DNA of 64,000 nucleotides, from assembly GCA_905235485.1 (NCBI GenBank), contig CAJOLY010000004.1, forward strand, positions 175 through 64,174, read 5' to 3'. A model generated the notes under the pieces. That model saw only the letters and a program-made list of their open reading frames with translations, had not been told where the DNA came from and did not search any database. Position 1 is the first letter of the stretch. Every line of letters begins with the position of its first letter. The translations under genes were made by a program, and so were the position numbers. This DNA is from an uncultured Clostridia bacterium. Its GTDB lineage: Bacteria; Bacillota; Clostridia; Christensenellales; UBA1242. This document shows positions 18,761 through 26,359 of this stretch, piece after piece.

Positions 18761-18835
18761 GTTAAAAAACTGTTAAAAATTGTTATATATTTATAATAAA
18801 AATTGTTAGTAAAATCAAACAAAATTACACAAAAA

Positions 18836-18856
18836 AAGCGAGTAAAAAACTCGCTT
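18836..18856 (-). terminator. element-borne terminator for the reconstituted tRNA-Leu
   Basis: AGCGAG...CTCGCT hairpin flanked by an A-run (T-run on the minus strand), immediately after the tRNA 3' end. Confidence 0.55.
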
Positions 18857-18857
18857 T

Positions 18858-18944
18858 TGGTGCCGAAAGCCGGACTTGAACCGGCACGGTATTGCTACCG
18901 AGGGATTTTAAGTCCCTTGCGTCTGCCTATTCCGCCATTTCGGC
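18858..18944 (-). tRNA. tRNA-Leu (anticodon TAA), long variable arm
   Basis: Reverse complement GCCGAAATGGCGGAATAGGCAGACGCAAGGGACTTAAAATCCCTCGGTAGCAATACCGTGCCGGTTCAAGTCCGGCTTTCGGCACCA. Acceptor GCCGAAA/TTTCGGC, anticodon loop CTTAAAA. Confidence 0.95.
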
Positions 18945-18947
18945 AAT

Positions 18948-19021
18948 TGGAGGCACCTCTCGGATTCGAACCGGGGATAAAGGTGTTGCAGACCTCTGCC
19001 TTACCACTTGGCTAAGGTGCC
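18948..19021 (-). tRNA. tRNA-Cys (anticodon GCA)
   Basis: Reverse complement GGCACCTTAGCCAAGTGGTAAGGCAGAGGTCTGCAACACCTTTATCCCCGGTTCGAATCCGAGAGGTGCCTCCA. Anticodon loop CTGCAAC. There is one C-A mismatch in the T stem. Confidence 0.85.
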
Positions 19022-19226
19022 ATAAACATAATCTAAAATAGCAAAAAAAGTATTTTTTGTCAAGTGTTAATCATATAATAATATGAATTTTTTTTGTATG
19101 ATGTTATTGCATGATAAATTTACAATTTATATTTACTAAACTTAGAAAATTTGGTTGATTTTGTTGAAAATTGTAACTTTGAGTGATATAATATTATAGT
19201 AAAATTTAATTCAAGGAGAGTGTAAT

Positions 19227-19862
19227 ATGTTAGATTTTATTAAAGACCATTGGCTTTTATTTGTTTTGATATTTATTTTACTTGTGCTTATTATTATTTT
19301 GTTGGTTGTTGCTCACAATGTAAAAAAGAAAAACCGAATAGAAGATGAGCTTGAAAGAGCAAGAGAAGAAGAGCAAAAGAACAAGAACAGGGTTAAGCCA
19401 ATTTTAAAAGAAAATTTAAAAAATAAAAAAGCAGAAGAAAAACAAAAAGAAAAAAAAGAGCAAAAGAATGTAGTTCAACCAAAAAAGGAACTTGTTGAAA
19501 AACAACCTGAAAGCAAAAAAGAAGAGAAAGAAATTCAAATTAAAAAAGAACACAAAAAGCAATCTGCTTCTCAAAAGAAACCTATGGAAAAGGAAATAGT
19601 TAAAAAAGAGCAATTGGAACAAAAACAACCAAAAAAAGTTGAGGAAAAGCAGGAAGAAAAGAAAATAAATGAAAATGAAACTTATAGAGTTGTATATGAC
19701 AAAGAACAAAAAAATTGGATAGTTCGTATTGATGGTGGTCAAAGGGCAAGTAGAAGATGCGCTACAAAAGAGGAAGCCTTAAAAGTTGCAAAAGAATTAG
19801 CAAAGAAAAAAGATGCTGATTTGAGTGTACATAAAAAGAATGGAAAATTTCAAAAGATTTAA
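19227..19862 (+). CDS. membrane-anchored K/E-rich protein with C-terminal DUF2188-like domain
   Basis: N-terminal TM (WLLFVLIFILLVLIIILLVV), a long KEEK low-complexity linker, and a C-terminus YRVVYDKEQKNWIVRIDGGQRASRRCATKEEALKVAKELAKKKDADLSVHKKNGKFQ of the DUF2188 pattern. Confidence 0.6.
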   Translation: MLDFIKDHWLLFVLIFILLVLIIILLVVAHNVKKKNRIEDELERAREEEQKNKNRVKPILKENLKNKKAEEKQKEKKEQKNVVQPKKELVEKQPESKKEEKEIQIKKEHKKQSASQKKPMEKEIVKKEQLEQKQPKKVEEKQEEKKINENETYRVVYDKEQKNWIVRIDGGQRASRRCATKEEALKVAKELAKKKDADLSVHKKNGKFQKI

Positions 19863-19886
19863 AAGATGCAAATTTGCATCTTTTTT
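19862..19886 (+). terminator. intrinsic terminator
   Basis: AGATGCA-AATT-TGCATCT plus T-run. Confidence 0.7.
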
Positions 19887-20022
19887 AATATTTAATTTAT
19901 ATTATTCTTTCTCGTGGTTTGAAATATTTTCAATAGAAAATCATTTTATACAAAAAAATTGTTTTTTTGTCGAATGAAAAATTTTGAGAGTAAACCAAGT
20001 TTATTTGCATAAAATAAAATAT

Positions 20023-20784
20023 ATGGAAGCTAACTTTTGGGAATTTTCATTATACTTTCCTCGTGAACTTTTGTGTTATTTTGAAAAGCTTAAATATGAA
20101 TTAAAAAACAAGTTATCAGATGAAAAAAATTGTGTTAGTATTTCAATTTGTGATGATAATTATATTTTTTTAATTGCTATTGATAAGTATTCATATCAAA
20201 AAAACATTTTGTTTATAAAAGAGAGTATTGCTGATATAATTTTGCTATATTACAAACCTAAAATTATTATTGAATCAATAAAAAATCTTGATATGAGAGC
20301 ACATGATAATGTGATTTTGATAGAAATTTTATCAAGTTTTGATATGATTGAGGATCGAAATGAAATAATCAAAAATTTAAGTTTGTGCAACAAACTATTT
20401 TTGAATTCATTTGTTATATTTAGACTTAAAAATCTCATTTCAAATTGGCATGATACAGGTGAACTTGTCAATCAAAATTCACTCTTTATGGCTGATGAAA
20501 AAGTCAAAAAAGAACTTATGCTATTTTTGATGGACGGATTAGTTAGCCGTGTTGAGAATATTAAAATAAAGTCAAATGGCAATATGATAGAATTTAAAAA
20601 TGAAAATTCACATATATCGACAAACACGGTTTTTTATTCACTTTTAGACTATGATGGTGCATTATTCACTTTGATAAGCAATTATCCAAAAAAAATAGAA
20701 GTGGAAGATTACAAAAAATTTGATGTCCACTTCATTCAAAATTTATATGATTTGTTTGGAAATCGCGTTAAGCTTTTAGATTGA
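20023..20784 (+). CDS. hypothetical protein (possibly YtxC-like sporulation protein)
   Basis: ORF of about 253 aa from the first ATG. The assignment rests only on size and a loose resemblance to the YtxC family. Confidence 0.3.
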   Translation: MEANFWEFSLYFPRELLCYFEKLKYELKNKLSDEKNCVSISICDDNYIFLIAIDKYSYQKNILFIKESIADIILLYYKPKIIIESIKNLDMRAHDNVILIEILSSFDMIEDRNEIIKNLSLCNKLFLNSFVIFRLKNLISNWHDTGELVNQNSLFMADEKVKKELMLFLMDGLVSRVENIKIKSNGNMIEFKNENSHISTNTVFYSLLDYDGALFTLISNYPKKIEVEDYKKFDVHFIQNLYDLFGNRVKLLD

Positions 20785-21921
20785 TTTTTGCTTCTGTAAT
20801 AATTCATCTAAGAGTTTCAAAAACCTTTTAATCTCCCACATTTTATTAAAACTTGAAATAGATACTCTAACAGTTCCACCGTTATTTAAAGTACCTAATT
20901 TTTTATGGCATAAGGGAGCGCAATGTAGCCCAGAACGAATACAAATATTATGATCATTAAAATAACTAACTATTTCACTTGTTGGAATACCTTCAATTGT
21001 AAAAGAAATAACTCCATTGTGACAATTTTTTGGAGTGTAAATTGTAATATAGTTTCTTTTGTAAAGTTCAAAAATTAAATATTTTGTTAATTTTTCAATT
21101 TTTGTATTTATTTTTTCAAAATTTTTGTTCAGATACTTAATTCCGGCATTTAAAGAAAAAATTGCTGGTGTTGGACTTGTTCCCGCCTCTAAACTTTCAG
21201 GATAGCTTAATGGTGGCATCAACATCTCACTATGTGTTCCTGTTCCACCAAATTTAAGAGGCTCAATTTTTATATTCTCATCAAAAAGTAAAACTCCAAT
21301 TCCTTGATTTGCCAGCAGGCCTTTATGTCCAGCCACAGCAAGCATTGATATGTTCATTTTTTGCATATCAATTTTTTTATGCCCAGCACTTTGAGCTCCA
21401 TCAATAAGCAGCATAACATTATGTTTTTTGCAAACTTTTCCAATTTTTTCAATGTCACTTGTAACTCCTGTCACATTGCTTGTGTGATTAACTATTACCA
21501 AATATGTCTTATCATTTATTGCTTTTTCAATATCACTTGCAAGAGTTTCTCCATTTTTTGTTTCGACCAAAGAAATTGTTATTATTCCTTGATTTTTTAG
21601 GTGTTCCAATGGTCTTGCAACAGAGTTGTGTTCGTTTGTGGTATAGACAATATTTCCACCTTTTTTTATAGTTCCAAAAATTGCAAGATTAAGTGCCTCT
21701 GTGCAACCGCTCGTAAAAATTATATTTTCAACATTTTTTGCATTAAAAAATTCTTTCAATAGTTCTCTTGTTTCAAAAACAATATTCCCAGCATTTATTG
21801 AAAGTTTGTGACTGCTTCTACCCGGATTGGCACAATACTTTTTGGATAGAGCATTTAAGCTTGCAAGTTTTACAGAAAACGGTTTTTTATTTGTTGTTGA
21901 TGCATTATCAAGATATATCAT
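20776..21921 (-). CDS. cysteine desulfurase / class V aminotransferase
   Basis: PLP-lysine context (AVAGHKGL), the RSGLHCAP motif typical of NifS/SufS/CsdA-like enzymes, and an N-terminal IYLDNAST. Confidence 0.85.
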   Translation of the reverse strand: MIYLDNASTTNKKPFSVKLASLNALSKKYCANPGRSSHKLSINAGNIVFETRELLKEFFNAKNVENIIFTSGCTEALNLAIFGTIKKGGNIVYTTNEHNSVARPLEHLKNQGIITISLVETKNGETLASDIEKAINDKTYLVIVNHTSNVTGVTSDIEKIGKVCKKHNVMLLIDGAQSAGHKKIDMQKMNISMLAVAGHKGLLANQGIGVLLFDENIKIEPLKFGGTGTHSEMLMPPLSYPESLEAGTSPTPAIFSLNAGIKYLNKNFEKINTKIEKLTKYLIFELYKRNYITIYTPKNCHNGVISFTIEGIPTSEIVSYFNDHNICIRSGLHCAPLCHKKLGTLNNGGTVRVSISSFNKMWEIKRFLKLLDELLQKQKSI

Positions 21922-22223
21922 TCTTTTAACCTCTTTTAAAAATTTGTAAAAAAATTAAGAAAAAATTGATTATTTTTTAGTTTTTTACATGTTTTTTAGC
22001 TATTTTTTTTAAATTGATGCTTAAAAAACTATTTTAATTTTTAGTAACTCACCTTTTTTTTTATTCAATAATAATATATTATAGCGTAACATTTTTTGTG
22101 AATTATTTGGTTTAAATCCAGTGCCTAGAAAAATTATTAAGGAAGTAATTTGGTTGGGCATGCAATAAGGAGTTATAGATCTAATAATTTTGTTGTTACT
22201 ATTTCAAATGATGAGGTGATGAA

Positions 22224-22490
22224 ATGATGGAATATTGTTTAGCAGTTTTTTCTATTAGAACAAGCACGATGCAGTTTTCAATGCTTCTCAATAAAAATGG
22301 TGTTAGAAGTGTTGTTGTTGAAACTCCAAAAGCCATAAGCGCAAGTTGTGGAGTAAGCGTAAGATTTGACACAAGAAATTTGGAACGAGCAAAAGAAATT
22401 TTGAGAAATAATGGTATTAAAAATTTTGTTAGGTTTTATTTTGTGAGTAATTATTATGGCCAAGTTAGATTGACCCCAATTGGAATGTAA
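22224..22490 (+). CDS. DUF3343-like small protein (putative S/Se carrier-like)
   Basis: FSIRTSTMQFSMLLNKNGVRSVVVETPKAISASCGVSVRF matches the DUF3343 pattern (...P.P..is..CG.air). It is divergent from the cysteine desulfurase. Confidence 0.5.
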   Translation: MMEYCLAVFSIRTSTMQFSMLLNKNGVRSVVVETPKAISASCGVSVRFDTRNLERAKEILRNNGIKNFVRFYFVSNYYGQVRLTPIGM

Positions 22491-22641
22491 AAAAGCAAAA
22501 TAATTATGTATTAAAAATGAGATAATATTATTTGTCTTCTTGTTGTCGAAAAATTTTTATTATCATAAAATTATTAACAAAATTTTTTTAAGTTGTGCTA
22601 TTTTAGTGCAACTTTATTTTTTATGTGATATAATAAACAAT

Positions 22642-23298
22642 ATGAAACAAAAAAATGTGCTAGAAAATACACTTGCATACCTTAAAGAACTCTTCCCAGA
22701 TGCAACATGTGAACTTGAACATAAGTCTGCATTTGAACTTTTGGTTGCTGTTATTTTGAGTGCACAATGCACTGATGCAAGAGTTAACAAAGTCACCAAA
22801 GTTTTGTTTCAAAAATATAACACTCCACAAAAACTGGCAAAAGCAAATCAAAAAGAAATTGAGAACATAATTTTTTCGTGTGGATTCTACCATAACAAAG
22901 CAAAAAATTTGATTGAATGTAGCAAAGATATTTTGTTAAAATATAATGGTGAAGTGCCATCAACGCTAGACAAGCTTCAAACACTTGCTGGTGTTGGCAG
23001 AAAAACTGCAAATGTTGTCTATTCGCTTTGGTTTAAAGGGGATGCAATTGCTGTTGATACTCATGTTTTTAGAGTATCAAATAGAATTCCTCTTGCAAAA
23101 GGCGAAACGCCGCTTGATGTTGAAAAAGGACTTATGAAAAACTTTGAAAAAAGTGAATGGTCAAATTTGCATTATAGGCTTGTTCTTTTTGGGAGATATA
23201 AATGCAAGGCGAAAAACCCAGAGTGTGAAGTTTGTAAATTAAACAAATTTTGCGAGTTTTACAAACAAAAAAAAATGCAAACAAAATGCATTAAGTAA
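22642..23298 (+). CDS. nth: endonuclease III (DNA glycosylase/AP lyase)
   Basis: HhH-GPD region (LAGVGRKTANVV), catalytic D (VDTHVFR), and a C-terminal 4Fe-4S cluster motif C-x6-C-x2-C-x5-C. The upstream extension in the track is rejected. Confidence 0.9.
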   Translation: MKQKNVLENTLAYLKELFPDATCELEHKSAFELLVAVILSAQCTDARVNKVTKVLFQKYNTPQKLAKANQKEIENIIFSCGFYHNKAKNLIECSKDILLKYNGEVPSTLDKLQTLAGVGRKTANVVYSLWFKGDAIAVDTHVFRVSNRIPLAKGETPLDVEKGLMKNFEKSEWSNLHYRLVLFGRYKCKAKNPECEVCKLNKFCEFYKQKKMQTKCIK

Positions 23299-23332
23299 TG
23301 TGTAAATTAAAAACAACAAAAAGGAGAACAAT

Positions 23333-24598
23333 ATGTTTGTTGATAAAGTCGTAATTCATATAAAGGCAGGAAATGGTGGAGATGGCGCCCTAAGTTTTTT
23401 GCGTGATAGAAAAACCATGAATGGTGGCCCAGATGGTGGTGATGGTGGAAAAGGTGGTGATGTTATTTTTGAAGTTGACAAAAATAGCAACAATCTTGTT
23501 GATTTTTACTATCAAAAGCATTATAGAGCACAAAATGGAGAAAATGGTGGAAAACATCACTGTGCAGGAAAAGCTGGAGAAGATTTGATTGTTAAAGTTC
23601 CTCGTGGCACAATAATTCGTGATAAAGAAACCAACAGAATAATATGCGATATGTTTTATCCCGATGATAGATACACTGTGCTCAAAGGTGGGCTTGGGGG
23701 TAGAGGTAATCAAAACTTTGCAACTTCAACAAGACAAGCTCCTGCATTTGCAGAAACAGGAATAAAAACAAAAGAATTTGAAGTTGTTTTGGAACTCAAA
23801 ACAATAGCAGATGTTGGTCTTTTGGGATTTCCAAGTGTCGGAAAGAGCAAGATACTGAGTGTACTCACAAGTGCAAAGCCAAAAATAGCAGACTATCATT
23901 TCACAACGCTTTCTCCAAATCTTGGAGTTTCCAATTATGGCGGAAAAACATTTTTGATAGCAGACATTCCTGGACTTATTGAAGGTGCTAGTGAAGGCAA
24001 GGGATTAGGATTTCAATTTTTAAGACATGTTGAGCGTACAAAAATATTACTTCATATTGTCGATATTGCAGAGGTTGATGGTCGTTCTGCAATAGATGAT
24101 TTTAAGGTTATAAACGAAGAACTCGAAAGATATTCAAAAAATCTTGTTGATGTTCCTCAAATTGTTGTTTTGAACAAAATTGATTTGCTTGATGGTGATA
24201 TGACAAAAGTGGAAGAATTTAAAAAACAATATGGAAAAGATTACAAAATTTTGACATATAGTGCTGCGACAAGAGAAGGTGAAACAGAACTTTTGCAAAC
24301 AATTGTAGAATACTTATCAAAACTTCCTGAAAGCAAGCCAGAAGAAGTTGAAATATTCCAACTTGACAAACGAGATTTGACAAAATTTGAAATAATAAAA
24401 CACGGCAACACATATGAACTTGTTGGTGACAAAATTGATGAAATCATTCGTGGAGTTAATCTTGATGAACCAGAAAGTTTTGCGTATTTTCAAAATAGAC
24501 TTCGTGATGAAGGCGTGATGGAAAGGTTAAAGCAAAAAGGACTAAAAGATGGCGACTATGTACGTGTTAAAACATTTGAGTTTGAATATTGGGAGTGA
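23333..24598 (+). CDS. obg: GTPase ObgE/CgtA
   Basis: Gly-rich Obg fold (GGDGG..GG.GG), G1 GFPSVGKS, G3 DIPGLIEGA, NKID, and a C-terminal OCT-like domain. Confidence 0.95.
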   Translation: MFVDKVVIHIKAGNGGDGALSFLRDRKTMNGGPDGGDGGKGGDVIFEVDKNSNNLVDFYYQKHYRAQNGENGGKHHCAGKAGEDLIVKVPRGTIIRDKETNRIICDMFYPDDRYTVLKGGLGGRGNQNFATSTRQAPAFAETGIKTKEFEVVLELKTIADVGLLGFPSVGKSKILSVLTSAKPKIADYHFTTLSPNLGVSNYGGKTFLIADIPGLIEGASEGKGLGFQFLRHVERTKILLHIVDIAEVDGRSAIDDFKVINEELERYSKNLVDVPQIVVLNKIDLLDGDMTKVEEFKKQYGKDYKILTYSAATREGETELLQTIVEYLSKLPESKPEEVEIFQLDKRDLTKFEIIKHGNTYELVGDKIDEIIRGVNLDEPESFAYFQNRLRDEGVMERLKQKGLKDGDYVRVKTFEFEYWE

Positions 24599-24733
24599 CT
24601 CGTATCATTTTTTCTAGGCTGACACTTTGTAAACTACGCAAATGTCGTTGAAAAAATATACTTTGTCACTTGGAAAAATTTTGATGAAGAATGATAGTGA
24701 CTCAATTTAAAATCATAATCAAAGGAGAAAAAA

Positions 24734-25024
24734 ATGATAACAACAAAAGAAAGGGCAAAACTAAGAGGACTTGCGCAAAAACTTGAACCTTGCGTGCAGA
24801 TAGGCAAGGGAGGAATAACCAAAACAGTTATTGATGGTGTGAATTTGGTGCTTGAAAAAAGGGAACTCATAAAAATTCGATTGCTCCAAAATTCAGGACT
24901 AGAAACTGATGAGGTCATGACTGCACTTTGTGATGCGCTTAATTGTGATCCTGTTCAACAAATTGGTAGTGTTGTGGTTATTTACAAAAAAAGCAAAAGA
25001 AAAGATGTAAAACATATATTGTAA
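24734..25024 (+). CDS. yhbY: YhbY/CRS1-family RNA-binding ribosome assembly protein
   Basis: LRGLAQKLEPCVQIGKGGIT...ELIKI is the YhbY signature. Confidence 0.85.
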   Translation: MITTKERAKLRGLAQKLEPCVQIGKGGITKTVIDGVNLVLEKRELIKIRLLQNSGLETDEVMTALCDALNCDPVQQIGSVVVIYKKSKRKDVKHIL

Positions 25025-25169
25025 ATGATTTAAAAATTATAAAGAATTCTGTCATAAAAATTGTTTTATCAACGGAATTTTTTTTATGATTAAAATTTAA
25101 AAAGGGTATTTACAAGTAAAAAAATTTATGTTAAAATTATGCATATTAAAATTTTAAATAGAGGTAAAT

Positions 25170-26243
25170 ATGAAAAACGGGATAAAATTATTTTTTGCAA
25201 TGTTGGCAATTTGTGGTAATTTTGCACTTACTGCTTGTGGACGTAATCACAAAACCCCAACCACATCAACGCCACCAATAGCCGAAACAACGGATGAAAA
25301 AAACACAATTGAAATGCCAGATACAGTAATAATCCCTTCGACATCAAATAAAACTGAAGATCAAACTGTTAACACTGAAGATCAAACTGTTAACACTGAA
25401 GATCAAATTGATCAAGCTGAAAAGCAAAAAGAGCAATTAGGAATCTTGGAAAGTGCAATCGAAAATCAAATTAAAGAAAAATTAAACTTTAAATTTGATG
25501 ATGAAATTGTTTCAAATGTTGATATAAAATATTTTGATTTTGAACAAGATAAGCAATACAATACCACTTTTAGCGCAAACGGAACATTAACTTTTGTTGA
25601 TGATGAAAATGAGTATTCATTTAGATTGGGAATGTCACTTGAAGGTGATGACTTTTTGAATGTTAGTCCACTTTATTATGTTGATATTGACGAAACAAAA
25701 GATTTGGCAGAAAATTATAGCATAGACAACTTAACAGCAGTAAATTCTTATCTTGAAAATCCAGAAATAACTTTTTCAAAAGCAACATTAAATGGTCAAA
25801 ATTGGAATTTGGATGTTTTAACACCTGCCAAAATTGAAACAACTTTGGAAGAAGAATACGAACAAAATGCAAATCAGTTTTTTCTGAACAAATACAATGA
25901 AAGCTATGTTAAAGATATTGATTTTAAGTATATTTCAGTTGTTAATGATGCAGATTATGGATATTTACTTGAATTAAATGGAAATGCAATAAATATCTAC
26001 ACAGAGAAACAAATGCCTTTCACAGTTTCTTTTAGTATAAGTGAAGAAAACTATAACAAATTGAAAAATGAAATTTTAATAACTTCATATGACCAAAATC
26101 TTGATTTAAAAGATAATTACACAGCAGAACAATTAAACAAAGTTTTTGAAATTATTCAAGATGAAGAAACTTATTTAAGGTTATATGTAATAAATAATGG
26201 CAATTATGCAGTTCAGTCAAAAGATGTTGATTTACAAAAGTAG
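25170..26243 (+). CDS. lipoprotein, function unknown (two related internal domains)
   Basis: Signal peptide with lipobox LTAC-G, a TEDQTVN tandem repeat, and two segments of about 130 aa sharing the pattern D(I/F)KY...NG...F..S.S. Confidence 0.7.
   Translation: MKNGIKLFFAMLAICGNFALTACGRNHKTPTTSTPPIAETTDEKNTIEMPDTVIIPSTSNKTEDQTVNTEDQTVNTEDQIDQAEKQKEQLGILESAIENQIKEKLNFKFDDEIVSNVDIKYFDFEQDKQYNTTFSANGTLTFVDDENEYSFRLGMSLEGDDFLNVSPLYYVDIDETKDLAENYSIDNLTAVNSYLENPEITFSKATLNGQNWNLDVLTPAKIETTLEEEYEQNANQFFLNKYNESYVKDIDFKYISVVNDADYGYLLELNGNAINIYTEKQMPFTVSFSISEENYNKLKNEILITSYDQNLDLKDNYTAEQLNKVFEIIQDEETYLRLYVINNGNYAVQSKDVDLQK
25353..25408 (+). repeat. 21-bp tandem repeat ACTGAAGATCAAACTGTTAAC, about 2.7 copies, in-frame (TEDQTVN)
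   Basis: Two exact units at 25353-25373 and 25374-25394, plus a partial third. Confidence 0.9.
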
Positions 26244-26260
26244 GTTATGCCTACTTTTTT
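26237..26260 (+). terminator. intrinsic terminator after lipoprotein 1
   Basis: GTAGG-TTATG-CCTAC with flanking A and T runs. Confidence 0.6.
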
Positions 26261-26359
26261 ATTTACTATTAAAAGATTAAATTATATTTTAAAATATCTA
26301 TATTTTAATTGTGTTTTTTGAAAAATGTGTTATACTAAATATGATAAGATAGGGGCAGT

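Larger units (their letters stand above)
14309..18870. mobile_element. about 4.56 kb integrative element inserted in the 3' end of tRNA-Leu(UAA)
   Basis: The 13-bp TGGTGCCGAAAGC at 14309-14321 exactly repeats the 3' end of the tRNA-Leu gene at 18858-18870. A tyrosine integrase abuts the tRNA. An XRE repressor faces a divergent operon. A displaced tRNA terminator sits immediately outside the distal repeat. Confidence 0.8.

Noticed and set aside
18574-18822. 82-aa minus-strand ORF containing KKCVKKCVKKCVK
   Set aside because: This is just the translation of the three tandem TTGACACACTTTT repeats downstream of the integrase, not a gene.
18803-19015. 70-aa plus-strand ORF overlapping the tRNA-Leu and tRNA-Cys genes
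   Set aside because: The region folds into two canonical minus-strand tRNAs, so the ORF is an artefact.
19380-19700. K/E-rich low-complexity coding repeats (DUF2188 protein linker; similar tails in S2 at 37260-37498 and the VirB6-like protein at 30600-31115; FG/K-rich IF-2 N-terminus)
   Set aside because: These are compositional AAG/GAA-rich low complexity, typical of AT-rich genomes. There is no defined repeat unit or independent function to propose.
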